This document shows positions 34,325 through 43,461 of a stretch of 64,000 nt of DNA, one piece after another (the stretch's first letter is position 1; each line of letters opens with the position of its first letter). The DNA lies in the IMG/VR virus record IMGVR_UViG_3300027815_000080, positions 17,358 through 81,357 of that record; one strand, written 5' to 3'. The notes under the pieces were generated by a model. That model was not told the origin of the DNA and did no database searches. It worked only from the letters and a program-made list of their open reading frames with translations. The translations under genes were made by a program, and so were the position numbers. This DNA comes from a virus.

Positions 34325-35302
34325 ATGGCCGACACAGAGTTCCTGACGGGCGACCCCGAGACGGTCAAGCGGTGGGGCGCCGCGGTGTGGCAGGAGGCCC
34401 CCGATCTCATCTACTGGGGCCAGTTCATGGGCAAGGACATGAACAGCATCATCCAGGTGAAGACCGAGCTCGAGTCCGGGCCCGGTGACGAGATCACGTT
34501 CACCCTGCTCCGGAAGCTCGCGGGCGCGGGCGTGAGCGGCGACGCGGTCCTGGAAGGGGCTGAGGAGCAGATGAACCACTTCTCCGACTCGGTGGTCCTC
34601 GACCAGCGCCGGAACGCGGTGCGGCTGAAGGGCAAGCTGTCCGAGCGGCGCACCGCCTTCGACCAGCGGACCAACGCGAAGGACGTGTTGAAGTCCTGGC
34701 TGGCGGAGACGATCGACGACGACATCTTCACCCAGTTCGATACCAACCCGTCCTCGGTGGTGTTCGGGGCCGGTGCCACCTCCACGGCGACCATCGTCTC
34801 CACCTCGCTGATGACGCTGGCGCTCATCGACACCGCGGTCGCCCGCGCCAAGAAGGCCGCTCCGAAGATCTGGCCAGTGCGGGTCGAAGGGCGGGACTAC
34901 TACGTGGTCTGCATGCACACGGATGTCGAGTACGACCTCCGGCAGAACACGACCTGGCAGAACTTCCAGCAGAACGCCGGGCCGCGGGAGTACGGCAGCA
35001 ACGCGATCTTCCAGGGCGGGATGTCCGTCTACGGGGGCGCGGTCCTGCACTCGCACGTGAAGGTGCCGATCGCCACCACCTGGGGCGCGTCGGGCACCGA
35101 GACCGGGGCGTCCAACCTCTTCCTCGGCCGGCAGGCGGGCCTCTTCGCCTGGGGCAGCAAGCCTGAGTGGTGGGAGAAGGAGTTCGACTACAACAACCGG
35201 GTCGGCTTCGCCATCGGGGCGATCTGGGATTTCACCAAGGCCGTCTTCGATGCGGCCGACCACGGCTTCATCGCAATTCGGACCTATCGGACAAATAACT
35301 GA
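34325..35302 (+). CDS. Major capsid protein (N4-gp56/DUF4043-like)
   Basis: GDEITFTL..KL.G.GVSGD..LEG.EE...F...V.DQ.RNAV; WEKEFDY.NR.G.AIG.I....K..F. Confidence 0.9.
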   Translation: MADTEFLTGDPETVKRWGAAVWQEAPDLIYWGQFMGKDMNSIIQVKTELESGPGDEITFTLLRKLAGAGVSGDAVLEGAEEQMNHFSDSVVLDQRRNAVRLKGKLSERRTAFDQRTNAKDVLKSWLAETIDDDIFTQFDTNPSSVVFGAGATSTATIVSTSLMTLALIDTAVARAKKAAPKIWPVRVEGRDYYVVCMHTDVEYDLRQNTTWQNFQQNAGPREYGSNAIFQGGMSVYGGAVLHSHVKVPIATTWGASGTETGASNLFLGRQAGLFAWGSKPEWWEKEFDYNNRVGFAIGAIWDFTKAVFDAADHGFIAIRTYRTNN

Positions 35303-35322
35303 GGTAACATAGGTACTTAGCC

Positions 35323-35796
35323 GTGGTCACACCAGAGATCAGTAAGCGGTTGGAGACGGGCCTCAAGGCCTGCTCGAAGTGCGAGCAGACCAAGGGGTTG
35401 TCTGACTTCCATCGCAGTAAGGTCTCTGGTGACGGTCGCGTGGCTTGGTGCCGTGCCTGCCTCAAGGGATACGATCGGGAGCGCAGAGCTCAAGGGAAGG
35501 CGCCGAAGCCAAGTGCTGAGGCGTTGGAACGGAGGCGGCGTTCTCCAGCACTTCGGGAAGCCCGGCGTCGTGCTCAACGGCGGAAGCTCGCAAACCCGCT
35601 GGAGATGTTCAAGGTCTACGTCCGTAGCGCCACTCACGCTGCGGTGAAGGCCGGACTGATTCAGCGGCTCGGTTGTGAAGTTTGCCGGAGCACCGATGTC
35701 CAGGCCCACCACATCGACTACGGCCGGCCACTGGAAGTCAAGTGGCTCTGTGCACAGCACCATTCCGACCTCCACAAGGGGGAGAACGAGACATGA
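35323..35796 (+). CDS. HNH endonuclease
   Basis: CSKC..K...DF...DG..WCRAC; CEVC...AHHIDYGRPLEVKWLCAQHH. Confidence 0.85.
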   Translation: MVTPEISKRLETGLKACSKCEQTKGLSDFHRSKVSGDGRVAWCRACLKGYDRERRAQGKAPKPSAEALERRRRSPALREARRRAQRRKLANPLEMFKVYVRSATHAAVKAGLIQRLGCEVCRSTDVQAHHIDYGRPLEVKWLCAQHHSDLHKGENET

Positions 35797-36692
35797 AGAC
35801 GAAGCGTTTCCGCGCAATGCTGGCCGCCGGATTGGCGGTGGCCATGGCTGCCGTCCTGGCCTGGCCGGCCGTCATGGCCGCACAGGTCAGGACCGGCAAC
35901 GGGTATTACTACTTCCTCCAGCTGACCAACGAGTACGACGAGCCCTTCACCACCGACGGGTTCGCTAACTGCTCCATCTACAGTCGTGAAGACAACGGGG
36001 CGGTGCGGTCGTACACGCACAGCACGTCATCGCTGAACCTGGCCTCGGCGGTGGCCGGGCCGCTCTACAGCAGCGTCAACGGCCTCATCCACTGGTACTC
36101 CAGCAGCACCAACCCAGTGGACGTGGTCTGCTACACCAAGTCCGGCGACTCCGGCCGCAAGTCGTCCGTAACCATCCGGGACCACAAGCTCCGGATCGTC
36201 ACCTCGGGGTCCGCCAAGGTCATCCGCTTCCCCTTCTCAGGTGGGGCGGCCGCGAAGTACATGACCGACACCGGTCTGTTCGTTCCGGAAGGTGCTGTCA
36301 TCACGGATGTCGCGGTTCAGCTGGCGACCTCTCCCGCCCAATGGGCCCATATTGACGTGGGTCTGGGCGGCAACCACACGGTCTCGACGGGCTCCGCGCT
36401 CGCTCGGCAGATCGACCTCTTGGGATCTCCTCGGTTCATCCTGGCCCACAACGGGTCCTGCTTCCCGCCGGCTGCGAACTGTGTCGCGGCCGACCATCTC
36501 GGCGCGGCGCTGACCCACGTGACAGCGCTCTCAGGGAACGGAACCCTGCGCTCGTACAAGCCCTACATGGTGCACACCACGGGGGGCCTGAGCGTGACCT
36601 ACAGCACCCCGGCCGGCTCGCAGGGCGGGCACGGCTATGTCTTCTTCCGGACCCTCCATGTCGGGAGTACGGTCATGGGGGCTGGCTACTAG
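35793..36692 (+). CDS. Capsid decoration/cement-like protein with Sec signal peptide
   Basis: Signal MKTKRFRAMLAAGLAVAMAAVLAWPAVMA; C-half VPEGAVITDVAV...IDVG resembles cement proteins; follows MCP. Confidence 0.6.
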   Translation: MKTKRFRAMLAAGLAVAMAAVLAWPAVMAAQVRTGNGYYYFLQLTNEYDEPFTTDGFANCSIYSREDNGAVRSYTHSTSSLNLASAVAGPLYSSVNGLIHWYSSSTNPVDVVCYTKSGDSGRKSSVTIRDHKLRIVTSGSAKVIRFPFSGGAAAKYMTDTGLFVPEGAVITDVAVQLATSPAQWAHIDVGLGGNHTVSTGSALARQIDLLGSPRFILAHNGSCFPPAANCVAADHLGAALTHVTALSGNGTLRSYKPYMVHTTGGLSVTYSTPAGSQGGHGYVFFRTLHVGSTVMGAGY

Positions 36693-36714
36693 CCGCACCT
36701 GACGTAGATTGACC

Positions 36715-36758
36715 GGCCGGGGGGTTTGGGGCGCGAGTCCTGGGCCCCCCGGCCTTCA
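36715..36758 (+). terminator. Long hairpin with GNRA tetraloop after capsid unit
   Basis: GGCCGGGGGG/CCCCCCGGCC outer stem, inner c-GCGA-g loop; weak U-tract. Confidence 0.5.
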
Positions 36759-36790
36759 CCACGAAAGGTCAAGGAGGGGGTATAACCTAA

Positions 36791-37441
36791 GTGACGGGAC
36801 GCTTCATCGGCCTCGGGATCAGGAAGTACCGGCGCCCCGCCGCCCAGCATCACGCTGCCTTCCGCCAGCTGGCCGGCAGCGACCAGATCGCCAGCCACTT
36901 CGCCCTGACCGTCCTGATGGCCGCGCTCGAGCGGCTCCAGCCGGAGCGGGTCCTCGAGGTCGGGAGCGGGATCGGCACCATGACGGCGCTCCTCACCAAC
37001 TTCGGGTGCGAGACCCACGCGGTCGAGGACAACCCCTGGTGCGCGACCCAGATGCGGAAGAACCTGAGCGACTGGGCCGAGTACCGCCTGAGCCCGGGTC
37101 TGGGCTACCTCCACCCGCTGATCGTGGTGGACGGGGACCAGATCCGCCCGAACATCGCGCTTGGCGTGCTCGCCCGCTGGGGCTGGATCCTGGTCGAGGG
37201 CAACCGGCGGGCGTGGCGGGCTGGCCTGAAGTACGGCTACCGCCCCTTCGCCGCGGTCAACCTCCGGCCCTTCGACCAGAGCAAGGGGATGTGGGTCCTG
37301 GCCTTTGAGCCGAGCCCGGCCATCCGGCTCGGCTTCGCGCTCGAGCGCGGCTGGCAGCGGATCCTGGGGTTCACCTCCCGCGCCTGGTCACTCCTGACTG
37401 GCGCCACCTACTACCACGGAAAGCGCAGGGTCTCATGCTGA
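36791..37441 (+). CDS. Class I SAM-dependent methyltransferase (non-DNA)
   Basis: RVLEVGSGIGTMT motif I; HAVED; IVVDGD. Confidence 0.8.
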   Translation: MTGRFIGLGIRKYRRPAAQHHAAFRQLAGSDQIASHFALTVLMAALERLQPERVLEVGSGIGTMTALLTNFGCETHAVEDNPWCATQMRKNLSDWAEYRLSPGLGYLHPLIVVDGDQIRPNIALGVLARWGWILVEGNRRAWRAGLKYGYRPFAAVNLRPFDQSKGMWVLAFEPSPAIRLGFALERGWQRILGFTSRAWSLLTGATYYHGKRRVSC

Positions 37442-38673
37442 AGTACCTGGATATGCTCTCGTCGCCGGTCCCCGCCCAGCGCATCGCCTGGATCTGGGTA
37501 TTCCTGGCCGTGGCGATCGCCGCGCCCTTCCCGGCCTTCGGCTGGCCGCTCCCGGAGCGGGCCGTCCCGATCATGTGGCTGATGCTGGGCGGGGTCTCGA
37601 CGCTGGTCGCCCTGGTCTGCCGGGTGAGCATCCCCTTCGCCGCCTTGATCGGCTGGTCGATCCTCCGGGCCGGCTACCACTCCTTCCCGGAGCGGAGCCT
37701 GAAGGTCCTGCTCCTCATCGTGATGGTGGCCATGCTCTACGTGGTGGCCCGTGACGCCTCGGATCGGATCGCCCGAATGGTAGCGGTCGGCTTCTGCATC
37801 GGCGCCGCCTGGGAGGGCCTCCTCGGCCTCGTGAACGCCATGGGGGTCTACCCCTGGATGAGCGTGGTGATGGCCGAGCACGTCGGCAAGCCCATGGGGT
37901 TCCTGACCCACCCGAACTACTGGGGGAGCTTCATGGCGCTCCTGCTCCCGGTGGTATGGTCGGTGGCCGGGATCCCCGCCGCGGCGCTGGTCTACCTCCT
38001 GATCCTCAAGACCGTCTCGGCCGGCCCGGTCATCGCGGCCTCGGCCGGGATCCTCGTGATGGCCTGGCCGCTCTTCAGTCGGCGGGTCCGTGGGTTCATC
38101 GGGGGCGGGATCGCGACAGCGACCGCGCTCATCCTGTACCTCCACGAGTTCCGCCTCTCCGGCCGGACCGAGGTCTGGACGCTGGCCTTCCCGGAGTTCC
38201 TGCGGTGGCCGATCATGGGCCAGGGCCTCGGCCAGTGGCGGACGTGGGCTGAGGACTGGGACCGCGCCAACTACCTTCCGCAGGCCGGGAAGAATTTCCT
38301 GGTGACGCTCCAGGCCCACAACGAGCCCTACCAACTACTCTTCGAGCTCGGGATCGTCGGGGGCATCCTGGGCGGTCTCTGGCTCGCACAGGCCGGCCTC
38401 GCCGCCTACCGAGTCTGGAAGGCCGCGCCGGCCGCGATGATCCCGAGCGAATGGTACGCATGGGGGCGGGCCCCCCTCGAGCGGGCGTGGATCGCCGTGG
38501 TGGCGACTGCCCTCGTGAACAGCCTCGGCTCCCCGGTGTTCCACCTGCCGGGCCAGGCCGCCATCATCATCTTCGCGCTGGCCCGGATGCAGGCCGACGC
38601 GGAGGCCCTTTACCCGAGGGTCCTCATCAAGCCTCACCGTGAGGCCAAGTTAGCAGCACAGGAGACCAGGTAG
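37435..38673 (+). CDS. O-antigen ligase / oligosaccharyltransferase-like (WaaL/Wzy_C family) membrane protein
   Basis: About 11-12 TM segments; GFLTHPNY, SGRTEVW, PIMGQGLGQW, QAHNEPYQLLFELGIVG. Confidence 0.85.
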   Translation: MLKYLDMLSSPVPAQRIAWIWVFLAVAIAAPFPAFGWPLPERAVPIMWLMLGGVSTLVALVCRVSIPFAALIGWSILRAGYHSFPERSLKVLLLIVMVAMLYVVARDASDRIARMVAVGFCIGAAWEGLLGLVNAMGVYPWMSVVMAEHVGKPMGFLTHPNYWGSFMALLLPVVWSVAGIPAAALVYLLILKTVSAGPVIAASAGILVMAWPLFSRRVRGFIGGGIATATALILYLHEFRLSGRTEVWTLAFPEFLRWPIMGQGLGQWRTWAEDWDRANYLPQAGKNFLVTLQAHNEPYQLLFELGIVGGILGGLWLAQAGLAAYRVWKAAPAAMIPSEWYAWGRAPLERAWIAVVATALVNSLGSPVFHLPGQAAIIIFALARMQADAEALYPRVLIKPHREAKLAAQETR

Positions 38674-38675
38674 GC

Positions 38676-39173
38676 ATGGTCCATATGGAACCAGAGAAGC
38701 GGCGGGCCGCCAAACAATCCACCAACCGCGCATGGTGGGTCGCCAACGGCGATCGGGTGAGAGCCGCTAGGCGTGCGCAGTACGCAGCGAATCCCGAGAA
38801 ACACCGGCGTGCCTATCGCGCATGGTACGCAGCCGATCCCGACAGTGTTTGTGCAGGCCAGCGCGCGCGGTACGCAGCGGACAGGCTCCGCTGCCTCGAT
38901 CACTACAGCGCGGGCACCATGAAGTGCGGATGCTGCGGCGAAGGCACGGAGCAGTTTCTGACCATGGATCACATCGACGGTAGAAAGACGATGGGCCACG
39001 ACAAAAGCATGAGTGGGCATCGGCTGCGCCGCTGGTTAGTCAAGAACGGCTTCCCTCCGGGCTTTCAAGTGCTCTGCTACAACTGCAATTGCGCGAAGGG
39101 GTTCTACGGTCAGTGTCCACACACATCAACCACCGAAGAGAGGAGCTTGCTCCATGCCAGTCGCACCCGGTAA
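38676..39173 (+). CDS. HNH endonuclease
   Basis: CGCCGE...FLTMDHIDG...GFPPGFQVLCYNCN.AK....CPH. Confidence 0.85.
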   Translation: MVHMEPEKRRAAKQSTNRAWWVANGDRVRAARRAQYAANPEKHRRAYRAWYAADPDSVCAGQRARYAADRLRCLDHYSAGTMKCGCCGEGTEQFLTMDHIDGRKTMGHDKSMSGHRLRRWLVKNGFPPGFQVLCYNCNCAKGFYGQCPHTSTTEERSLLHASRTR

Positions 39174-39663
39174 GGCCAAGATGCAGAGCGCCGAGGTCGA
39201 GCTCGGCGACAACACCCTCAAGCCCGAGGTGCCGATGGTACGGTGCCGCGTGGTCTACATGGGCAACAACCGCGGCCGCTCGGTCGCCCTCCCCGGCCAG
39301 GTCCACGTCGAGCGGATACAGACCGGGTTCGACGAGAAGGAGGTTCCGACCTACGAGGAGAACCGCCGGGCCGTCGCCGACGGCATCCAGTCCTACGACT
39401 TCTCGAGCCACGACGTACTCGGCCGGCTGATCGCCGAGCGGATCATGGCGCCCGACACGGAGCACGCGGGCAAGCCCTTCGCGTGGTGCGAGCACATCGA
39501 CCACATCCGGTGGTTCCATCTCCAGCGCACCGAGGACGGCGCGAAGGAGTTCCGGGTGCTGGCGAACCGCGCCGACCAGCCGATCATCCAGGATCACGTC
39601 CGCCGCTTCATCTCGAGCAAGCAGCAGGCGGAAGGAAACTTCGAGGCCATCGCCTCGAGGTAG
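39154..39663 (+). CDS. Hypothetical protein in head-completion position
   Basis: GAGGAG SD; GC3 bias. Confidence 0.7.
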   Translation: MPVAPGKAKMQSAEVELGDNTLKPEVPMVRCRVVYMGNNRGRSVALPGQVHVERIQTGFDEKEVPTYEENRRAVADGIQSYDFSSHDVLGRLIAERIMAPDTEHAGKPFAWCEHIDHIRWFHLQRTEDGAKEFRVLANRADQPIIQDHVRRFISSKQQAEGNFEAIASR

Positions 39664-39701
39664 TTCACCCAATCCACATCAGAGAAGGGGGGAAACCGAC
39701 C

Positions 39702-39944
39702 ATGGACTACCACTGCAAGGGCGGCGCCGAAGCGCCGATGCCCGTCCCGTCAGAGTTCGCGCCCAAGGGCGATCCCAAGAGCCTGAGCGACGACGGGAGC
39801 GCCAACGCCGCGGGGGAGAGCAGCGAGCCGGGCAAGGCCCTGGCCGAGTTCGCCGGGCTGGGCAAGGCCGAGAAGATCAGCGGCATCACGGACTCCGGGA
39901 AGGCCAACCTCACCAAGACGGGCGGGCCCCAGCGGGTCGGATAG
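39702..39944 (+). CDS. Small low-complexity protein (80 aa)
   Basis: AAGGGGGG SD; MDYHCKGGAEAPM. Confidence 0.65.
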   Translation: MDYHCKGGAEAPMPVPSEFAPKGDPKSLSDDGSANAAGESSEPGKALAEFAGLGKAEKISGITDSGKANLTKTGGPQRVG

Positions 39945-40002
39945 CTCCACCGGGTAGGGCGAGTCGGGCGCCCGCTCCCCACAAGGAGAGGCGCAGGTGA
40001 GT

Positions 40003-40737
40003 CTAGCTGGATTGATGCGGACAGGTGCCGAGGCGGTGCTTTGCCCAGTTGCAGTTGCGGCAGAGCACCTGATAGCCGGTCGGATAACCACGCCGCCGCA
40101 GCCGTCTGTAGAGACTCGACCCACGACCGAAGAGTTGCCGTTCGGCGTGACCATTGCCGGCGATGTGGTCAAGATCAAGAAAGACAAGGCCGGTCTCGCC
40201 GCAGCAGACACAGCGTATCCCGCCGTAGGCGGTCAAGACATCTTCCCGCAGCCTATTGGCGTCGCCTCGCCGCCGCCGCCCGTTTGCGGTCATGGATCCT
40301 TCACAGGTGCGGCAATAGGCCCTGGTGCCACCCTGCCAGAAATCGCCAATGGCGACAAACTGCCGGCAGGCGGAACACCATCGCGTCCCAGGCGGCCCTA
40401 TCTTGGTCTTGATGTGGATCCCGCGGCGCCGTCGTTTGTCGGTCTGCCAGGAGACTTCGCACGGGTGACAGTAGCCACGGAACCTGCCGGATGGCCGCTT
40501 CGGGAACTCCCGGATCGGTTTCGTGGTTTCGCACCGCTTACACCAGCGCATGCCATCTGGAACCGGATGGACCTTCGGCTGGATTCCGCGCGCTCGGCGG
40601 TTGGCTTCTTGGCGAGCGACGCTACAGGCACGGCATGGCCCAATGAACTCGCCAGCCCGTTCCCCTGTGCGGCGCCGTTGAAACTCTGCCACAGGCTTAG
40701 TCTCGTCGCAGGAGTAACAGTGCCGCTTAGTGTGCAT
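40003..40737 (-). CDS. HNH endonuclease on the opposite strand with repeated zinc fingers
   Basis: Three CxxC..K/F..F..CxxC units; CVCCGE...LDLDHI...GYPTGYQVLCRNCNWAK..CPH; paralog of 38676. Confidence 0.85.
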   Translation of the reverse strand: MHTKRHCYSCDETKPVAEFQRRRTGERAGEFIGPCRACSVARQEANRRARGIQPKVHPVPDGMRWCKRCETTKPIREFPKRPSGRFRGYCHPCEVSWQTDKRRRRGIHIKTKIGPPGTRWCSACRQFVAIGDFWQGGTRAYCRTCEGSMTANGRRRRGDANRLREDVLTAYGGIRCVCCGETGLVFLDLDHIAGNGHAERQLFGRGSSLYRRLRRRGYPTGYQVLCRNCNWAKHRLGTCPHQSS

Positions 40738-40787
40738 ATCTCAGGTACCATCGCACACATCATCCACGTAGTCAACGGCTTGTAACT

Positions 40788-41651
40788 ATGGCCAACTTCG
40801 ACAGTTTTAACGATTGCCTCCTGGACCTGTTAGAGCGCGGCGACGAAGAGACAGACGGCACGAGCGATTGGGATGCCGCAGCGCGAAGGGCACTGGTCCG
40901 CGCCTTCCACTTTTTCATGTCGGCTCACCCGTGGTGGTTCTTGGAGGTCACGCCGCCCGGCGTCTTCCTGACCGTCGCCCCGATCACCACACGGACCATC
41001 ACCATCGCCGCTGCTGGTGAGGCCGTAGCCGCAACCCTATCAGCGACGTATGCCACCAGCCTGACCGGATACAAGCTCATCTTCGCTGGCGAGGACTACT
41101 CGATCCGGATCACCGCGCACACGGCGGGCTCCGCCGCCTTGACGCTGGATGCGGCTCCGGAGGCGAAGGCGGCCGGCACCGCGGTCACCATCATCAAGGA
41201 CGAGTACGACCTCGTCGCCACGGCCGGGATGCTGGTGGACGGGCTCTGGACGGGCCGCGGCGACTTCATCGCCTCCAAGAGCGAGGACTACATCCGTACC
41301 ACCTTCCCGGATCCGCCGGACTCGGGCTGGCCGCCGGAGTGCTTCACCCGGATCACCAAGCGCCGGATCCGCCTGAGCCAGTACCCGGACGCCGTGCACA
41401 GGATCGAGTACCCCTACACGCAGATCCCGGCCGACCCGTCGGGCTCGGGTGACCTCGTCATCGACCAGAACTTCCGGTGGGTGCTCTCCGACGGCGGGCT
41501 CTACTTCCTGCACCTCTTCAAGTCCGACAAGCGGGCCGAGGCGGCGAAGGCGCTCTTCGAGCAGGGGATCGGGCAGGCGATGGTCTACCACCACCGGCTG
41601 AAGATGGGGCTCACGGGCCACGGCCAGGAACCGAACCGGGGGCCCTATTGA
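40788..41651 (+). CDS. Head-tail adaptor (tail tubular A-like)
   Basis: N-terminal helix pair, AHPWWFL, GxP...ITK..IRL..YPD; position before nozzle. Confidence 0.7.
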   Translation: MANFDSFNDCLLDLLERGDEETDGTSDWDAAARRALVRAFHFFMSAHPWWFLEVTPPGVFLTVAPITTRTITIAAAGEAVAATLSATYATSLTGYKLIFAGEDYSIRITAHTAGSAALTLDAAPEAKAAGTAVTIIKDEYDLVATAGMLVDGLWTGRGDFIASKSEDYIRTTFPDPPDSGWPPECFTRITKRRIRLSQYPDAVHRIEYPYTQIPADPSGSGDLVIDQNFRWVLSDGGLYFLHLFKSDKRAEAAKALFEQGIGQAMVYHHRLKMGLTGHGQEPNRGPY

Positions 41652-41887
41652 ACCAGGTCCAGCGCAACCCCGGGTGCCTCCGCGAGTGCCGCCTTGACCG
41701 AGCGGTCGAGCCGGGCTTCGTCATCGAGTCGGGCTGTCCCGTCCATGACCGCGAGGGGTATCGGCCCTTCGTGGTCCGCTGGTTCGGCCCGAACCCGTGT
41801 CTGCTCGGGACGCTCTCGCTCTGCGACGATCCCGAGGCCCTCCACGAGCATGTCCTCGTCGCCTCGTTCCTCATGGGGCTGAACTGA
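41648..41887 (+). CDS. Small hypothetical protein
   Basis: TTG start overlapping stop; CLREC...CPVHD. Confidence 0.45.
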   Translation: MNQVQRNPGCLRECRLDRAVEPGFVIESGCPVHDREGYRPFVVRWFGPNPCLLGTLSLCDDPEALHEHVLVASFLMGLN

Positions 41888-43461
41888 TGGCCTACGACGG
41901 CGTGACGGTCGTCGAGGTGGTGGCAGGCCGGGAGGGTCTCTGGGGGATCCGCAACCGCAACCTGATCCCGCTGGGCGGCCTGATCGAGCTCCGCAACGCC
42001 ACCCTCGAGGACTACACGTGGCGCACGGGCGGCGGCGCCAGCAAGCTCGGGAGCTCCTTCGGGGCCGGGCTCTCGGGCAAGATGGCCTTCAACTTCTGGC
42101 CGGACGCCGACACCGAGCGGAATGTCGTGGTGGACGAGAACGGCGCGATCTGGAAGGACGACGGGGCCGGCGGCTCCTGGGCCACGGTCCAGACCGGTCT
42201 GACCACGACCGCCTGGCATCCCTTCCTGGTCCCGGGTGCCGCCGAGTCGTCGGGGTCCAACCGCAAGCTCTTCTACGCCGACGGGGTCAACAACCCGCGC
42301 TACCTCGACGGGGACGCCGCGGCGATGACGGCCTTGGCGAGCCCGGCGGCGGACTGGACCGCGGGCAACGTCAACCGCCAGCCGAGCTTCTTCGTCTCCC
42401 ACCAGGGGTATATGTGGGGCGGCGGGAACAAGAACGCCCCGAACCGGATCTACCGCTCGAGCCTGACCGACCACACGTCCTTCGGGGCCAGCCCCTACAG
42501 CCTGCCGGTCTTCCCGGGCTTGCGGCAGCGGCTCGTCGGGGGCCTGTCCTACAAGGGCGTGCTGCTCCTCTGGGCGTACCCGTCCGGCCTCTACGCGGTG
42601 GACACCTCGGATCCGTCGGACGCCAACTGGCGGATCATCCAGGTCGGCTCGCCCGGCGCGGCCGGCCCGATGAACATGGCGGCGATCGAGGACGACATCA
42701 TGTGGGTGTCGCCGGACGGCTCGTGGCACTTGGTCTCCGCGACCACGGCCACCGGCTCCGTCCGCGCCGAGGACCTCACCGCCCGGAAGCTCGGCTCCTT
42801 CGCCCGCGAGCAGGTGAACCTCGGGCAGCTGGTCGATGCCCAGATGCTCTACTACTCCAACAAGCAGGAGATCATGCTCGCCTGCGCCGCGCAGGGGCAG
42901 ACCGTCAAGACCCGCCGCCTGCACATGGATCTGAACAAGCGGTCCGAGGTGGGCGAGCGGTGGCTCTGGTGGGACCGGGACACGAACGAGTCGATCTTCC
43001 TCCGCAAGGTGGACGAGACCATGGTGCCGGCCATGGTCGATGACGAGGGGCAGATCTGGCTCCTCGACCGGACAACGCGGGCGAAGGACGGCGCCGGCTA
43101 CCAGTTCTCGTGGTTCCTGAAGCCCTCCGACTTCTCCGAGGTCATTCCGGGCTGGCAGGGCCGGAAGAAGAACCTGCGATTCATCCAGCTGGAGTATGAC
43201 GCCCGGTCCGGCGCGACCCACACCGTCGAGATCTACGTCGAGGGCAACCTCGTCAAGACCTTGACCTTCACCCTCACGGGCTCCGGCGCAACGCTGCCGG
43301 CCGTCCTCCCCTTCATCCTGGGGACCGAAACCCTGCTGGTCACCGCCCGGCGTAGGCTGACAGGCCAGGGCGTGCGAATCGCCGTGCGGGGGCGGTCCAA
43401 CGCGGCCAACGCGGATGTCTCGATCAGCCGAGTCCTCATCGGCTTGGAGCTCGGAGAATGA
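41887..43461 (+). CDS. Tail nozzle / tail tubular protein B (P22 gp10-like)
   Basis: 524 aa beta-propeller-like; FYADGVN, IYRSSL.D..SF, SPDG, DF....GRKK.LRFI. Confidence 0.75.
   Translation: MAYDGVTVVEVVAGREGLWGIRNRNLIPLGGLIELRNATLEDYTWRTGGGASKLGSSFGAGLSGKMAFNFWPDADTERNVVVDENGAIWKDDGAGGSWATVQTGLTTTAWHPFLVPGAAESSGSNRKLFYADGVNNPRYLDGDAAAMTALASPAADWTAGNVNRQPSFFVSHQGYMWGGGNKNAPNRIYRSSLTDHTSFGASPYSLPVFPGLRQRLVGGLSYKGVLLLWAYPSGLYAVDTSDPSDANWRIIQVGSPGAAGPMNMAAIEDDIMWVSPDGSWHLVSATTATGSVRAEDLTARKLGSFAREQVNLGQLVDAQMLYYSNKQEIMLACAAQGQTVKTRRLHMDLNKRSEVGERWLWWDRDTNESIFLRKVDETMVPAMVDDEGQIWLLDRTTRAKDGAGYQFSWFLKPSDFSEVIPGWQGRKKNLRFIQLEYDARSGATHTVEIYVEGNLVKTLTFTLTGSGATLPAVLPFILGTETLLVTARRRLTGQGVRIAVRGRSNAANADVSISRVLIGLELGE

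Noticed and set aside
39997-40785. 262-aa + strand ORF as a functional protein
   Set aside because: Codon-aligned antisense of the HNH gene with low-complexity composition; kept only as a possible translational bridge
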